In this document: positions 19,461 through 29,108 of the stretch, in pieces
Layout of the letters: each line of letters starts with the position of its first letter
Numbering within the stretch: the first letter of the stretch is position 1
Assembly (NCBI GenBank): GCA_040414485.1
Contig: JBEDUK010000010.1
Location: forward strand, 30,147 to 94,146
Direction of reading: 5' to 3'
Source of the DNA: Actinomycetota bacterium
GTDB taxonomy: Bacteria; Actinomycetota; UBA4738
Length of the DNA: 64,000 bases
The notes under the pieces: generated by a model
Database searches by the model: none
The model's input: the letters and a program-made list of their open reading frames with translations, nothing else
What the model was told of the DNA's origin: nothing
Program-made: the position numbers and the translations under genes

Positions 19461-20377
19461 ACCAGCACCTCGCGCTCGTACGGGTCGTACGTGTCGATCT
19501 CGCGGTCGATGATGGCCCGGATCGCGACCTCCTCGGACGCCATCGCGACCAGGTTGTCGGATTCGTACAGGACCAGCGGCTTCGCGGCCATCTCGTCCTT
19601 GGCCACACCCAACGAGTCGACCGTGACCGCCAGGTACGTGAACACGCCGTCCAGGTCGTCCAGGGACTGTTTCATCGCGGTCTCCAGGTCGTAGCCCTCC
19701 TGGAGCTTCTCGGCCAGGTACACCGCGATGATCTCGGAGTCGCACTCGGACTGGAACCGGTGGCCGCTGCGCTCCAGGCGGCGGCGCCATTGGAAGTAGT
19801 TCGTCAACTGGCCGTTGTGGACCACCGCCACGTCGCTGAACGGGTAGGCCCAGTACGGATGGGCGCCCGAGATGTCGACGTCGGATTCCGTGGCCATCCG
19901 GACGTGCCCGATGCCGTGCGTGCCTCGGAATCCGCCCAGGTTGTACTGCTGCGACACCTCCTCCGCGTCGCCGAGGTCCTTGACGATCTCCAGCGAATGG
20001 CCGAGCGAGAGGACCTCACAGCCGGGGACGTCCTCGATGTAGTCCGCCAGCGCCTTGAGGTCACCGTCGTACCGGACGACCGCCCGGTACGCATAGTCCG
20101 TCTCGCGGTCCACCCGGTCGACGGTGCCGCCGATCTTCGCCAGGCGTGCCTCGACCTCCAGGCGGTGGCGCTCCAGGCGTTCCCTGAACTCGAAGTCCCG
20201 GCGGTCGTTCGCGTCCGCGAGCTTGAAGCGGATCACGACGTGGTCGGACGGCGGCCCGTAGAGCGCGTAGCCGGTCGAGTCAGGCCCGCGGTGCTTCATG
20301 GCCTGGAGCATCGCCGTGATCTCGTTGCCGATCTCGCCCTCGCCGTCGCGATGGATGACGCCCGCGATGCCGCACAT
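19448..20377 (-). CDS. mgsA: class-II glutamine amidotransferase domain protein; N-methylglutamate synthase subunit A-like
   Basis: N-terminal MCGIAGV (Cys2 nucleophile after Met removal) and GATase-2 fold. Its stop overlaps the mgsB start. Confidence 0.8.
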   Translation of the reverse strand: MCGIAGVIHRDGEGEIGNEITAMLQAMKHRGPDSTGYALYGPPSDHVVIRFKLADANDRRDFEFRERLERHRLEVEARLAKIGGTVDRVDRETDYAYRAVVRYDGDLKALADYIEDVPGCEVLSLGHSLEIVKDLGDAEEVSQQYNLGGFRGTHGIGHVRMATESDVDISGAHPYWAYPFSDVAVVHNGQLTNYFQWRRRLERSGHRFQSECDSEIIAVYLAEKLQEGYDLETAMKQSLDDLDGVFTYLAVTVDSLGVAKDEMAAKPLVLYESDNLVAMASEEVAIRAIIDREIDTYDPYEREVLVWTR

Positions 20378-20403
20378 GGCCCGCCCCTTCCTGCCTTCGT
20401 CCC

Positions 20404-21801
20404 TTACGGGAGGATGTCCAAGTACTCCTTGATGTCCCAGTCGCTCACCGTGGAGATGAACCGGATCCATTCGTCCCGCTTGTAGTGCATGAACACGCGG
20501 TACATGTCCCCCGGCATCGCCGACCGCACGACCTCGTCGGCTTCCAGCGCGTCGAGCGCCTCGCCCAGCGTGGTCGGGATCCGTTCGACGGTCTTGCCCT
20601 CGGCGATGGCCTCGTAGATGTTGCGCTCCTCCGGCGGTCCGGGGTCGAGCTTGCGGTCGATGCCGTCGCGCATGACCTTCAGCAGCGCCGCGAACGACAG
20701 ATAGGGGTTCACCGCCGAGTCGACGCTGCGGTACTCGTAGCGGCCGGGCGCGCTGATCCGCAGGGCTGTCGTCCGGTTCTGGAACCCCCAGTCGGCGAAG
20801 ATCGGCGCCCAGAACCCGGCGTCGGCGAACCGGCGGTACGAGTTCACCGTCGGTGCCGTGATGCACGTCAGGGCTCGAAGGTGATCCAGCACGCCGCCGA
20901 TCGCGTACAGACCGACCTGGCCGGGCAGCCGCGGGTTGTCGCCGTCGGGGAGGAACTTGTTCGTGTCGCCCTCCCACAGCGAGATGTTGTGGTGGCACCC
21001 GTTCGCCGACACGCCCATGAACGGCTTCGGCATGAAGCAGGCGAACGCGTTCATCTCGCGACCGACCTGCCGGCAGATCTGGCGGTAGGTGGTCAACCGG
21101 TCCGCGGTGGCTTCGGCCTTGTCGAACATGAAGTTCAGCTCCAACTGGCCGGGCGCGTCCTCGTGGTCCCCCTGGATCATGTCCAGCCCCATCGCCCGGC
21201 CGTACTCCATGACCTTGTGGATGATGGGCTGCAGCTCGGAGAACTGGTCGATGTGGTAGCAGTACGGCTTCGTCTTGCCCTCGACCGACGGCGAGCCGTC
21301 GGGGTTGACCTTCAGCCACATCATCTCGGGCTCGGTGCCGGCCCTCAGGTGCAGGCCGGTCGCGGCCGTGAACTCGTCGTGGATCCGCTTCAGGTTCCCG
21401 CGACAGTCGGAGGTGAGGTAACCCCCACCGTCCTCCTCCTCCTCGCGGCCGCGGAACAGCGTGCAGAACACCCGGGCGGTCTTGCGGTCCCACGGAAGGA
21501 CGCAGAACGTCTCGGGCTCGGGCAGGCCGACCAGCTCACGCGCCTCCGGCCCGTAGCCGATGTACTCGCCGTTGCGGTCGACGAACAGGTTCGCCGTGGA
21601 GCCGTAGACCAGCTGGAACCCCCTGGCGGCGATGTTCTCCCAGTGCGCCGCCGGGATGCCCTTGCCCATGATGCGGCCGGTCACCGACACGAACTGGTAG
21701 TACATGTAGTCGACGCCCTCGGCGTCGATCTGCTTGCGGACCTCCTTGATGGCGTCCGCCCGCCCCTCCTGCGACACGAACCGTTCGAGATCCGACGTCA
21801 C
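20404..21801 (-). CDS. gmaS: glutamine-synthetase family protein, gamma-glutamylmethylamide synthetase (GmaS)-like
   Basis: GS catalytic-domain motifs (beta-grasp N-domain, ...CHHNISLW...). Located directly upstream of mgsABC as in N-methylglutamate-pathway clusters. GTG start with a GGAGGGGGG RBS. Confidence 0.75.
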   Translation of the reverse strand: MTSDLERFVSQEGRADAIKEVRKQIDAEGVDYMYYQFVSVTGRIMGKGIPAAHWENIAARGFQLVYGSTANLFVDRNGEYIGYGPEARELVGLPEPETFCVLPWDRKTARVFCTLFRGREEEEDGGGYLTSDCRGNLKRIHDEFTAATGLHLRAGTEPEMMWLKVNPDGSPSVEGKTKPYCYHIDQFSELQPIIHKVMEYGRAMGLDMIQGDHEDAPGQLELNFMFDKAEATADRLTTYRQICRQVGREMNAFACFMPKPFMGVSANGCHHNISLWEGDTNKFLPDGDNPRLPGQVGLYAIGGVLDHLRALTCITAPTVNSYRRFADAGFWAPIFADWGFQNRTTALRISAPGRYEYRSVDSAVNPYLSFAALLKVMRDGIDRKLDPGPPEERNIYEAIAEGKTVERIPTTLGEALDALEADEVVRSAMPGDMYRVFMHYKRDEWIRFISTVSDWDIKEYLDILP

Positions 21802-21826
21802 CCTCGCCCCCCTCCGACGCGATGTC

Positions 21827-23500
21827 TTAGAACAGCCCCACGATGCGTCCGTCCGCATCGATGTCGACCTTGGTGAACGCCGGATCCCTCCCGAGGCCCG
21901 GCATCCGCTGCATGTCGCCGCACAGCGCGACGACGAATCCGGCACCGGCACTTGGAACGACCCCCCTGACCGGCAGCCGAAATCCCCGTGGGCGGTTCAG
22001 CAGGGTCTGATCGTGCGAGAGTGAGAGGTGGCTCTTCGCCATGCAGACCGGCACCTTGCCGAACCCGAGCGCCTCCATCCGTTCGATGTCCCGCTCCGCC
22101 TGCGGGAGGTAGTCCACGCCGTCGGCGCCGTACACGCGTGTGGCGATCGCCTCGATCTGCTCCTTCACCGGCGTCCCGTCCGGCGTCAAGCGGGCGAAGC
22201 TGTTCGGCTGCTTCACCGCGTCGAGGACCGCCTCGGCGAGCTCGACCGCGCCGTCGCCGCCGCGCGAGAAACCGTCGTTCAGCACGACGCGTTCGGCGCC
22301 GACCTCGGTCGCCAGCTCGTCCACCAGCCGGAGCTCCTCGTCCGTGTCGGTCGGGAAGCGGTTGATCCCGACGACGCACGGGATGCCGTACTGCTTCACG
22401 ATCTCGATGCACGCGGCGAGGTTCTCCGAGCCCCGTTTCACCGCGTCCAGGTCCCCGTTTCCGAGGTCGTTGAACGCCACGCCTCCGTGGGACTTGAGCG
22501 CCCGCACGGTGGCCACCAGCACCGCCGCGCTCGGAGCGAAACCGCCTGCGCGGCAGACGATGTCGCAGAACTTCTGGAACCCGAGGTCGGCGGCGAACCC
22601 GGCCTCGGTCACGACGATGTCCGCGAGCTTCAGCGCCACCCGGTCCTCGATGATCGAGTTGTTCGCGTGCGCGATGTTGCCGAACGGCCCCGCATGGATC
22701 AGCACCGGCTGTCCCTCGAGCGTCTGCACGAGATTCGGCTTGACGGCTTCCTTCATGATGGCGGCCATCGCTCCGGCCACTCGCAGGTCCTCCGCCGTCA
22801 CCGGCGTACCGTCGGCCGTCTCGGCCACCACGATCCGCCCGAGCCGTGCGCGAAGGTCGGCCAGGTCGGATGCCAGCGCCAGCACGGCCATGATCTCCGA
22901 CGCCGCGGTGATCACGAAGTGGTCGTCACGCGGCACCCCGTGCATCTTCCCGCCCAGGCCGTCGGTGACGTTGCGGAGCTGCCGGTCGTTCACATCCAGC
23001 GTGCGCGGCCACGTGATCGACTCCAGCGTGATCCCGAGCGGGTTTCCGTGGAAGATCGATGCGTCCATCGCGGCGGACAGCAGGTTGTGCGCCGCGGTGA
23101 TCGCGTGGAAGTCGCCCGTGAAATGGAGGTTGATCTCCTCCATGGGCACGACCTGCGCGTACCCGCCGCCCGTCCCGCCGCCCTTGATGCCGAACACCGG
23201 GCCCATCGACGGCTCTCGCAGGCAGAGCATCACGTTCGCGCCGAGTTTGCCCAGGCCCTGGGTCAAGCCGACGGACGTCGTTGTCTTGCCCTCGCCGGCC
23301 TTGGTCGGCGTGATGGCCGTGGTGATGACGATCTTGCCGTCGGGGCGGTCGCCCAGGCGTTCCAGCACCCGCGCGGCGTCGACCTTCGCCTTCGACCTGC
23401 CGTAGGGCTCGAGCTCGTCCGGGAGCAGGCCGGCATCGCGGCCGACGTCCTCGATCGGACGCAGGACGGCTTCCTGCGCGATCTCGAGGCCCGACTTCAT
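21827..23500 (-). CDS. fhs: formate--tetrahydrofolate ligase
   Basis: Strong FTHFS signature (PTKAGEGKTTTSVGL, GGGYAQVVPMEEINLHFTGDFHAI, HAGPFGNIAHG-like). Confidence 0.9.
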   Translation of the reverse strand: MKSGLEIAQEAVLRPIEDVGRDAGLLPDELEPYGRSKAKVDAARVLERLGDRPDGKIVITTAITPTKAGEGKTTTSVGLTQGLGKLGANVMLCLREPSMGPVFGIKGGGTGGGYAQVVPMEEINLHFTGDFHAITAAHNLLSAAMDASIFHGNPLGITLESITWPRTLDVNDRQLRNVTDGLGGKMHGVPRDDHFVITAASEIMAVLALASDLADLRARLGRIVVAETADGTPVTAEDLRVAGAMAAIMKEAVKPNLVQTLEGQPVLIHAGPFGNIAHANNSIIEDRVALKLADIVVTEAGFAADLGFQKFCDIVCRAGGFAPSAAVLVATVRALKSHGGVAFNDLGNGDLDAVKRGSENLAACIEIVKQYGIPCVVGINRFPTDTDEELRLVDELATEVGAERVVLNDGFSRGGDGAVELAEAVLDAVKQPNSFARLTPDGTPVKEQIEAIATRVYGADGVDYLPQAERDIERMEALGFGKVPVCMAKSHLSLSHDQTLLNRPRGFRLPVRGVVPSAGAGFVVALCGDMQRMPGLGRDPAFTKVDIDADGRIVGLF

Positions 23501-23602
23501 GCCACCGCCGGCGTGGGTCCCATGGAGGCGACAGACTACTCCGGCGGCCGGTGCGACGGACGAGTCGCGGCACGTCGGGCCGCCACAACTTCGAACGCCC
23601 CG

Positions 23603-23686
23603 ATGTGTGGGAAGTGGACAGGTCTCGCTCGCCAACCTGCGGGCTGAGGCGCGCGGCGCGCCGGAGGCATGTGTTCGAAGTGGACA
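23603..23686. promoter_or_regulatory. two copies of an 18-bp motif ATGTGTnnGAAGTGGACA in the divergent fhs / soxD intergenic region (candidate operator sites)
   Basis: Copy 1 at 23603-23620 (atgtgtgggaagtggaca). Copy 2 at 23669-23686 (atgtgttcgaagtggaca). 66 bp apart, inside the 328-bp divergent promoter region. Confidence 0.3.
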
Positions 23687-23828
23687 CGAGCGTCCAATGG
23701 AGACGGGTCCCTTCGCACCCGGCGCCCGGCGTGCAGGCGCCCGGGCGCGGCGGTAAGGTCGGCCCTGCGAGCGGCGGGCTCGCCACGTCGGGGAGCGAGG
23801 ACGAAGGGGCGCGGGAGGGCCCATCCCG

Positions 23829-24098
23829 ATGACGTTCCAGATCCGGTGTCCGAACTGCGGGCTGCGCGACGCCGAGGAGTTCGCCTACGGAGGCGAATCG
23901 ACCACCCGCCCTGGACCCGACGGCAGCGGACAGGACCTCGCCCGCTACGTGTACTTCCGCGAGAACCTCGACGGCTGGCAGACCGAATGGTGGTTCCATC
24001 GCGACGGCTGCCAGAGGTGGTTCGTTGCCGAACGGCACACCATGACGAACGAGATCCGCGCCACCTCCTGGCCGCCCGCGCGCGCGGAGACCCGATGA
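23829..24098 (+). CDS. soxD: sarcosine oxidase delta subunit family protein (SoxD / MgdB-like)
   Basis: MTFQIRCPNCGLRDAEEFAYGGE... is the canonical SoxD N-terminus. Its stop overlaps the next start (ATGA). Confidence 0.85.
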   Translation: MTFQIRCPNCGLRDAEEFAYGGESTTRPGPDGSGQDLARYVYFRENLDGWQTEWWFHRDGCQRWFVAERHTMTNEIRATSWPPARAETR

Positions 24099-27001
24099 CG
24101 GCGGAACGGACGGCGTCGCCGGGGCCGCACGAGACGATCGACCGCGGTGCGGGCGTCACCTTCATGCTCGACGGCAGGCGAATGCGGGGATACGCCGGCG
24201 ACACGGTCGGATCGGCCATGGCCGCGGCCGGCGTGACGATCACCGGCCGGTCGTTCAAGTACCACCGGCCCCGCGGCCTGATGTGCATGGCTGGCGCCTG
24301 CCCCAACTGCCTGGTCCGGATCGACGGCGTGCCGAACGTCCGCGCCTGCTCCGAACTGCTCCGAGACGGGATGAAGGTCGAGCGCCAGAACGGCCGGCCG
24401 AACGTCGAGCGGGACGTGACCGGGATCGTCGATCGCTTCTCCTTCGCCCTCCCCGCGGGCTTCTACTACAAGGTCTTCCACCGGCCGAAGTGGGCATGGC
24501 CGCGGGTGGAGCCGATGATCCGGCGCCTCTCGGGGCTCGGCGTCGTTCCCGACGAGCCGGACCACGGCGAGAAGGAACGGGTGAGCCTCCATCCGGACGT
24601 GCTGGTGGTGGGCGCCGGGGCGGCGGGACTCTGCGCCGCGGTCGAGGCGGCCCGCGCCGGAGCGACGACCGTCCTTCTGGAGGAGCGGGGCGAGATCGGC
24701 GGCGCGCTGCTGTATTCGACCGAGTGGGCGGCCGATCCGTTCGCCACAGCCGGCGCCGGCGGGGCGGCATCGGAGAGCCTTCCCGGACCCGCGCTGGCCA
24801 CGCGCCTCTCGGCGTCCGCGGACGTTGCCGGCGTCCGAATCCTGGGCGGGACGCCGGCGTTCGGCGTGTTCGACGGTCCGCTGATCGCCGCGGCTTCGGA
24901 GAACGCGCTCTACCGGATCCGCCCGGCCCGCACGATCTTCGCCACGGGCGCCGTCGAACAACCGGCGGTCTTTCCGGACAACGACCTGCCCGGCGTGATC
25001 CTCGGCGGCGCGGCCGACCGCCTCCTCAACCGCTTCGGCATCCTCCCGGGAAGGCGGGTCGTGGTGCTGGCATCGGGCCCTGCGGCCTATCGGACGGCGT
25101 CCTCGCTCGCGGCCGCCGGCGCGCAGGTCACCGTGGTCGATCCCGACCCGGGTGCCGCGGCATCGAAGGTCGCCGGCGTGACGGTGAAGGCCGGCAGCAC
25201 CATCCGCCGCGCGATCGGCAGGCGCCACGTCACCGCCGTCGAGGTCGGCCACCCGGACGAGTCCGGTTCGAAGCTCGACTGCGACCTCGTGGTCGTCGCG
25301 GGCCACGCGTCGCCCACCACCAACCTGCTGGCGCAGGCCGGGGCGACGATCGAATGGGACCAGGACGCCGGCGCGTTCCTCGCAACCGGCCTCCCCGCCG
25401 GCGTCTTCGCGGCCGGCGAGGTCACCTGCGTCCGCGACCTGGAATCGGCGATCGTGCAGGGACGGCTTGCCGGCCTCGAGGCCGCGCGTTCGCTCGGTCT
25501 GGGAGATGCACGGACCGAGGCGGCCGTCGCAGCCCTTCGCGCACAGGCTCCGTCGGGACCCCAGGAGGCGACGCTTCCGCCGGCGCGCATCCCGGCGGAC
25601 GGCAAGCAGTTCGCCTGCGTCTGCATGGACGTGACCTACAAGGAGCTGCGCTTCGCCGTGAAGGAGGGGTTCGATTCGATCGAGCTCCTGAAGCGCTACA
25701 CCACGCTGTCGATGGGGCCGTGTCAGGGCAAGTCGTGCCTGTCGGCGTCGATCCGTCTGTGCGCGCTGGCAACCCACCGAAGCATCGAGGAGACCGGTGC
25801 GCCGACGGCGCGTCCGCCGTGGGTGGGCGTCCCCATGTCCGTCCTCGCCGGCGAGGAGCTCGTTCCCCGCCGGGAGAGCGCCATGCAGGACCTTCACGCC
25901 GACCTCGGGGCCACGTTCATGTGGGCGGGCGACTGGCGCCGCCCCCATCACTACATCGAGCCGGCGGCCGAGGCCCGCACCGTGCACCAATCGGTCGGCG
26001 TGATCGACGTCAGCACGCTCGGAAAGGTGCGGGTGAAGGGTCCGGACGCGGCGGCGTTCCTGGAGCGTCTCTATCCGAACATGTACGCCGACCTTGCGGT
26101 GGGGCGCGTCCGCTACGGAGTCATGTTGAACGACTCGGGCGTCATCCTGGACGACGGCACGATCGTCAGGCTGGCTGACGATGAGTACTTCGTCACGACG
26201 ACCACGGGCAACGCGGCGTCGATGATCCGGTGGATGGAGTGGTGGCTGGCCGTGTGGCAGATGGACGTGCTCATGGCGAACGTCAGCTCCCAGTTCGCGG
26301 CGATCAACGTCACCGGTCCGCGGTCGCGCGAGGTCATGTCGCGGCTGACCGAGCTGGATGTCTCGGCGGAGGGCATGCCGTACCTTCGGGCCGCGCAGGC
26401 CGAGGTCGCCGGCGTGCCCGCGCTGATCCTCCGGATCGGGTTCACCGGCGAGCTCGGGTTCGAGCTCCACGTGCCGGCGGCGTACGGGCAGTACCTCTGG
26501 CAGGAGATCCTCGGCGCCGGCCAGGCCGCGGGGATCCCGGTGCAGCCGTTCGGCCTGGAGGCGCAGCGGATCCTTCGGCTCGAGAAGCAGCACATCCTCG
26601 TGGGGCAGGACACCGACGCGCTGTCGGACCCCTACGGCGTGGGCATGCCGTGGATCGTGAAGATGGCGAAGCCGGACTTCCTCGGACGGCGGGCCCTGGC
26701 CGAGATGGCCAACGGGGACGCGGCGCCGTCGCCCGCCGACCGCCTGGTCGGGTGGGCGGCGCCGGGAACCGTCGTGCCGCCGGAGGGCGCCGGGATCGTG
26801 CAGGGAGGCACCTGGGTCGGGCGGGTCACCTCGGCTCGCCGCAGCGACGCCGTCGGGAGCGTGATCGGGATGGGCTGGGTGCCGGCGTCGCTCGCCGAGG
26901 AGAACCGGGAGATCTCGATCCATTTCGGCGGGCAGACGCTCGCCGCGAACGTTCGCCTGAAGCCCTTCTACGACCCCGAGGGCGCGAGGCTCCGGTCATG
27001 A
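24095..27001 (+). CDS. soxA: sarcosine oxidase alpha subunit family protein (SoxA / MgdC-like)
   Basis: 969 aa. N-terminal 2Fe-2S-like and NAD/FAD-binding regions (DVLVVGAGAAGLCAAVEAARAG) and a C-terminal GcvT-like folate domain (GFTGELGFELH). Confidence 0.9.
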   Translation: MTAERTASPGPHETIDRGAGVTFMLDGRRMRGYAGDTVGSAMAAAGVTITGRSFKYHRPRGLMCMAGACPNCLVRIDGVPNVRACSELLRDGMKVERQNGRPNVERDVTGIVDRFSFALPAGFYYKVFHRPKWAWPRVEPMIRRLSGLGVVPDEPDHGEKERVSLHPDVLVVGAGAAGLCAAVEAARAGATTVLLEERGEIGGALLYSTEWAADPFATAGAGGAASESLPGPALATRLSASADVAGVRILGGTPAFGVFDGPLIAAASENALYRIRPARTIFATGAVEQPAVFPDNDLPGVILGGAADRLLNRFGILPGRRVVVLASGPAAYRTASSLAAAGAQVTVVDPDPGAAASKVAGVTVKAGSTIRRAIGRRHVTAVEVGHPDESGSKLDCDLVVVAGHASPTTNLLAQAGATIEWDQDAGAFLATGLPAGVFAAGEVTCVRDLESAIVQGRLAGLEAARSLGLGDARTEAAVAALRAQAPSGPQEATLPPARIPADGKQFACVCMDVTYKELRFAVKEGFDSIELLKRYTTLSMGPCQGKSCLSASIRLCALATHRSIEETGAPTARPPWVGVPMSVLAGEELVPRRESAMQDLHADLGATFMWAGDWRRPHHYIEPAAEARTVHQSVGVIDVSTLGKVRVKGPDAAAFLERLYPNMYADLAVGRVRYGVMLNDSGVILDDGTIVRLADDEYFVTTTTGNAASMIRWMEWWLAVWQMDVLMANVSSQFAAINVTGPRSREVMSRLTELDVSAEGMPYLRAAQAEVAGVPALILRIGFTGELGFELHVPAAYGQYLWQEILGAGQAAGIPVQPFGLEAQRILRLEKQHILVGQDTDALSDPYGVGMPWIVKMAKPDFLGRRALAEMANGDAAPSPADRLVGWAAPGTVVPPEGAGIVQGGTWVGRVTSARRSDAVGSVIGMGWVPASLAEENREISIHFGGQTLAANVRLKPFYDPEGARLRS

Positions 27002-27714
27002 GCGACGCCGCCGCAGTGGCGACCTTCGAGCCGGTCATGCGTTCGCCGCTGCACCGTGCGCACGAGCGGCTCGGGGCCACGTTCGGGCGGGACGGCGAGT
27101 GGGAGTACCCGGCGGCCTACGCGGGCGAAACCGGCGAGGCCGGCCTCCGGGCCGTCGCCGAGGGGGTCGGCGTGGCCGACGTCACCGCCCGGGGAAAGGT
27201 GGATCTCCGCGGCGCGATCGGCGACCTGTTCGCGCGGATCGCCAGGACCAGCGAGGGGTGGGAGCCGGGGACCATCGTCCCCATCGAACCGGCGCCGTCC
27301 GAGGAGCATCCGGGACTGATCGCCCCGATCTCCGACCGCTGGGCGATCCTGTTCTGCCCGCCGGCATCGCTCGACACACGGATGGAGGAACTGGACCGGC
27401 CGGCCGGCGGCGCCTCGGCCATGGTCACCGAGATCTCGTCGCAGTACGTGGGCGTCGCCCTGACCGGACCGAGGACGTTCGATCTGCTGGAGCGCCTCAC
27501 CGCATTCGACCTGCGCGAACTGGAGCCTGACGCGTGCGTCGCCACGAGAGCGCTGGAACTGACCGCGATCATGCTGCGGCGCGGGCCGGTCGTCGAACTG
27601 TGGGTCAGCGCGTCCTCGGCGCGGTACGCGTGGGAGACGGTTCTGCACGCGGGGGCGCGCCTGGGCGCGGCGCCGGTCGGCCGGGACGCGCTGTCGACGC
27701 TGGGGTGGTGGTGA
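26998..27714 (+). CDS. soxG: sarcosine oxidase gamma subunit family protein (SoxG / MgdD-like)
   Basis: Start ATGA-overlaps the soxA stop. Size (238 aa) and position are consistent with SoxG. Confidence 0.75.
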   Translation: MSDAAAVATFEPVMRSPLHRAHERLGATFGRDGEWEYPAAYAGETGEAGLRAVAEGVGVADVTARGKVDLRGAIGDLFARIARTSEGWEPGTIVPIEPAPSEEHPGLIAPISDRWAILFCPPASLDTRMEELDRPAGGASAMVTEISSQYVGVALTGPRTFDLLERLTAFDLRELEPDACVATRALELTAIMLRRGPVVELWVSASSARYAWETVLHAGARLGAAPVGRDALSTLGWW

Positions 27715-27719
27715 GCGGG

Positions 27720-28943
27720 ATGCCCGCACCGATCGGACCCCGCTACTTCAAGCCCTGGAAGATGTGGCGCCGGCACGACCTGAAGCCGTCGTACGACTGC
27801 GTGATCGTGGGCGGCGGCGTCCACGGCCTGGGCATCGCCTACGAGATGGCGAAGCGCGGCTTCAAGAACGTCGCGGTCCTGGACCAGTCGTACATCGGCG
27901 CGGGCGGCAGCGGGCGGAACACCACGATCATCCGCGCGAACTACCGGACACCCGAGGGCGTTGCGTTCTACCGCGAGTCGCTTCGGCTCTACAAGCACCT
28001 GGGTCAGGAGCTCGACTACAACCTGCTGCTGTCCGAACAGGGCCACCTGACCCTCGCTCACAACGAACGCGGCGTCATCACGATGCACGAGCGCGCGGAG
28101 GTCAACAAGACGCTCGGCGTGGACAGCCGCGTGATCTACGCGGAGGAGATCCGCGGGCTCTGCTCGTGGCTGGACCTCTCGGACAAGCCGCCGTTCCCGA
28201 TCATGGCGGCGCTGTTCCACCCGCCGGGCGCGGTGCTCCGCCATGACGCCGTCGTGTGGGCGTACGCGCGGGCGGCCGACCGGCTCGGCGTGGAGATCCA
28301 TCCGTACACCCAGGTGACGGGCATTCACGTCGACGGCGGCAAGGTCACCGGCGTCCGCACCCCGCAGGGCGACATCGCCACCCCGATGGTGATCGGCGCG
28401 GTGGCCGGCTGGTCGAGCGAACTGGCCAGGATGGCGGGGGTCGAACTGCCGATCACCACGCATGTGCTGCAGGCGTTCGTCACCGAACCCCTGAAGCCGT
28501 TCCTGCACACGATCATCGTGTCGGGAACCCTGCACGTGTACATCTCGCAGACCGACCGGGGCGAGGTGCTGATCGGCTCCGAGATCGAGCCGTACACGAC
28601 CTACAACCAGGGCTCGACGCTCACCTTCCTGGAGGCGACCACCGCGCATTCGCTCGACCTCATCCCGGCGCTGGGCCGCGTGAAGGTGATGCGGTCGTGG
28701 GGCGGCCTGTGCGACATGACGCCGGACTACTCACCGATCATGGGAGTCACATCCGTCGAAGGGTTCCTGCTCGACTGCGGCTGGGGCACGTACGGCTTCA
28801 AGGCAGCCCCGATCAGCGCGGTGACCATGGCCGAACTGGCCGTGACTGGGAAGGTCCCCGACCTGATCGCGCCGTTCGAACTGGAGCGCTTCTGGCGCCG
28901 GCAGCCGGTGAGCGAGATCGCCGCCGCCGCCGTCTCGCACTGA
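27720..28943 (+). CDS. soxB: sarcosine oxidase beta subunit family protein (SoxB / MgdA-like), FAD-dependent
   Basis: CVIVGGGVHGLGIAYEMAKRG (FAD binding) and the covalent-FMN region typical of SoxB. Confidence 0.9.
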   Translation: MPAPIGPRYFKPWKMWRRHDLKPSYDCVIVGGGVHGLGIAYEMAKRGFKNVAVLDQSYIGAGGSGRNTTIIRANYRTPEGVAFYRESLRLYKHLGQELDYNLLLSEQGHLTLAHNERGVITMHERAEVNKTLGVDSRVIYAEEIRGLCSWLDLSDKPPFPIMAALFHPPGAVLRHDAVVWAYARAADRLGVEIHPYTQVTGIHVDGGKVTGVRTPQGDIATPMVIGAVAGWSSELARMAGVELPITTHVLQAFVTEPLKPFLHTIIVSGTLHVYISQTDRGEVLIGSEIEPYTTYNQGSTLTFLEATTAHSLDLIPALGRVKVMRSWGGLCDMTPDYSPIMGVTSVEGFLLDCGWGTYGFKAAPISAVTMAELAVTGKVPDLIAPFELERFWRRQPVSEIAAAAVSH

Positions 28944-29108
28944 CGTCGTCAGGTTCGGCCCGTCACCGGATCGCGACGCAAGCGGCTCCTTCCCTGATCG
29001 CATGCCGTCGAATCGAGCGCGGCGTGGGCGCCGAGCCGGCGAGGACCGCGGTCCGTGCCTCCTCGTGGATAGACTGCGAGTGCGCCACCTGTGAGGGGAG
29101 GTGAGTCC

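Noticed and set aside
23945-26923. 992-aa ORF antisense to soxA
   Set aside because: Composition is Arg/Gly/Pro-dominated with no motifs. soxA on the plus strand is fully supported.
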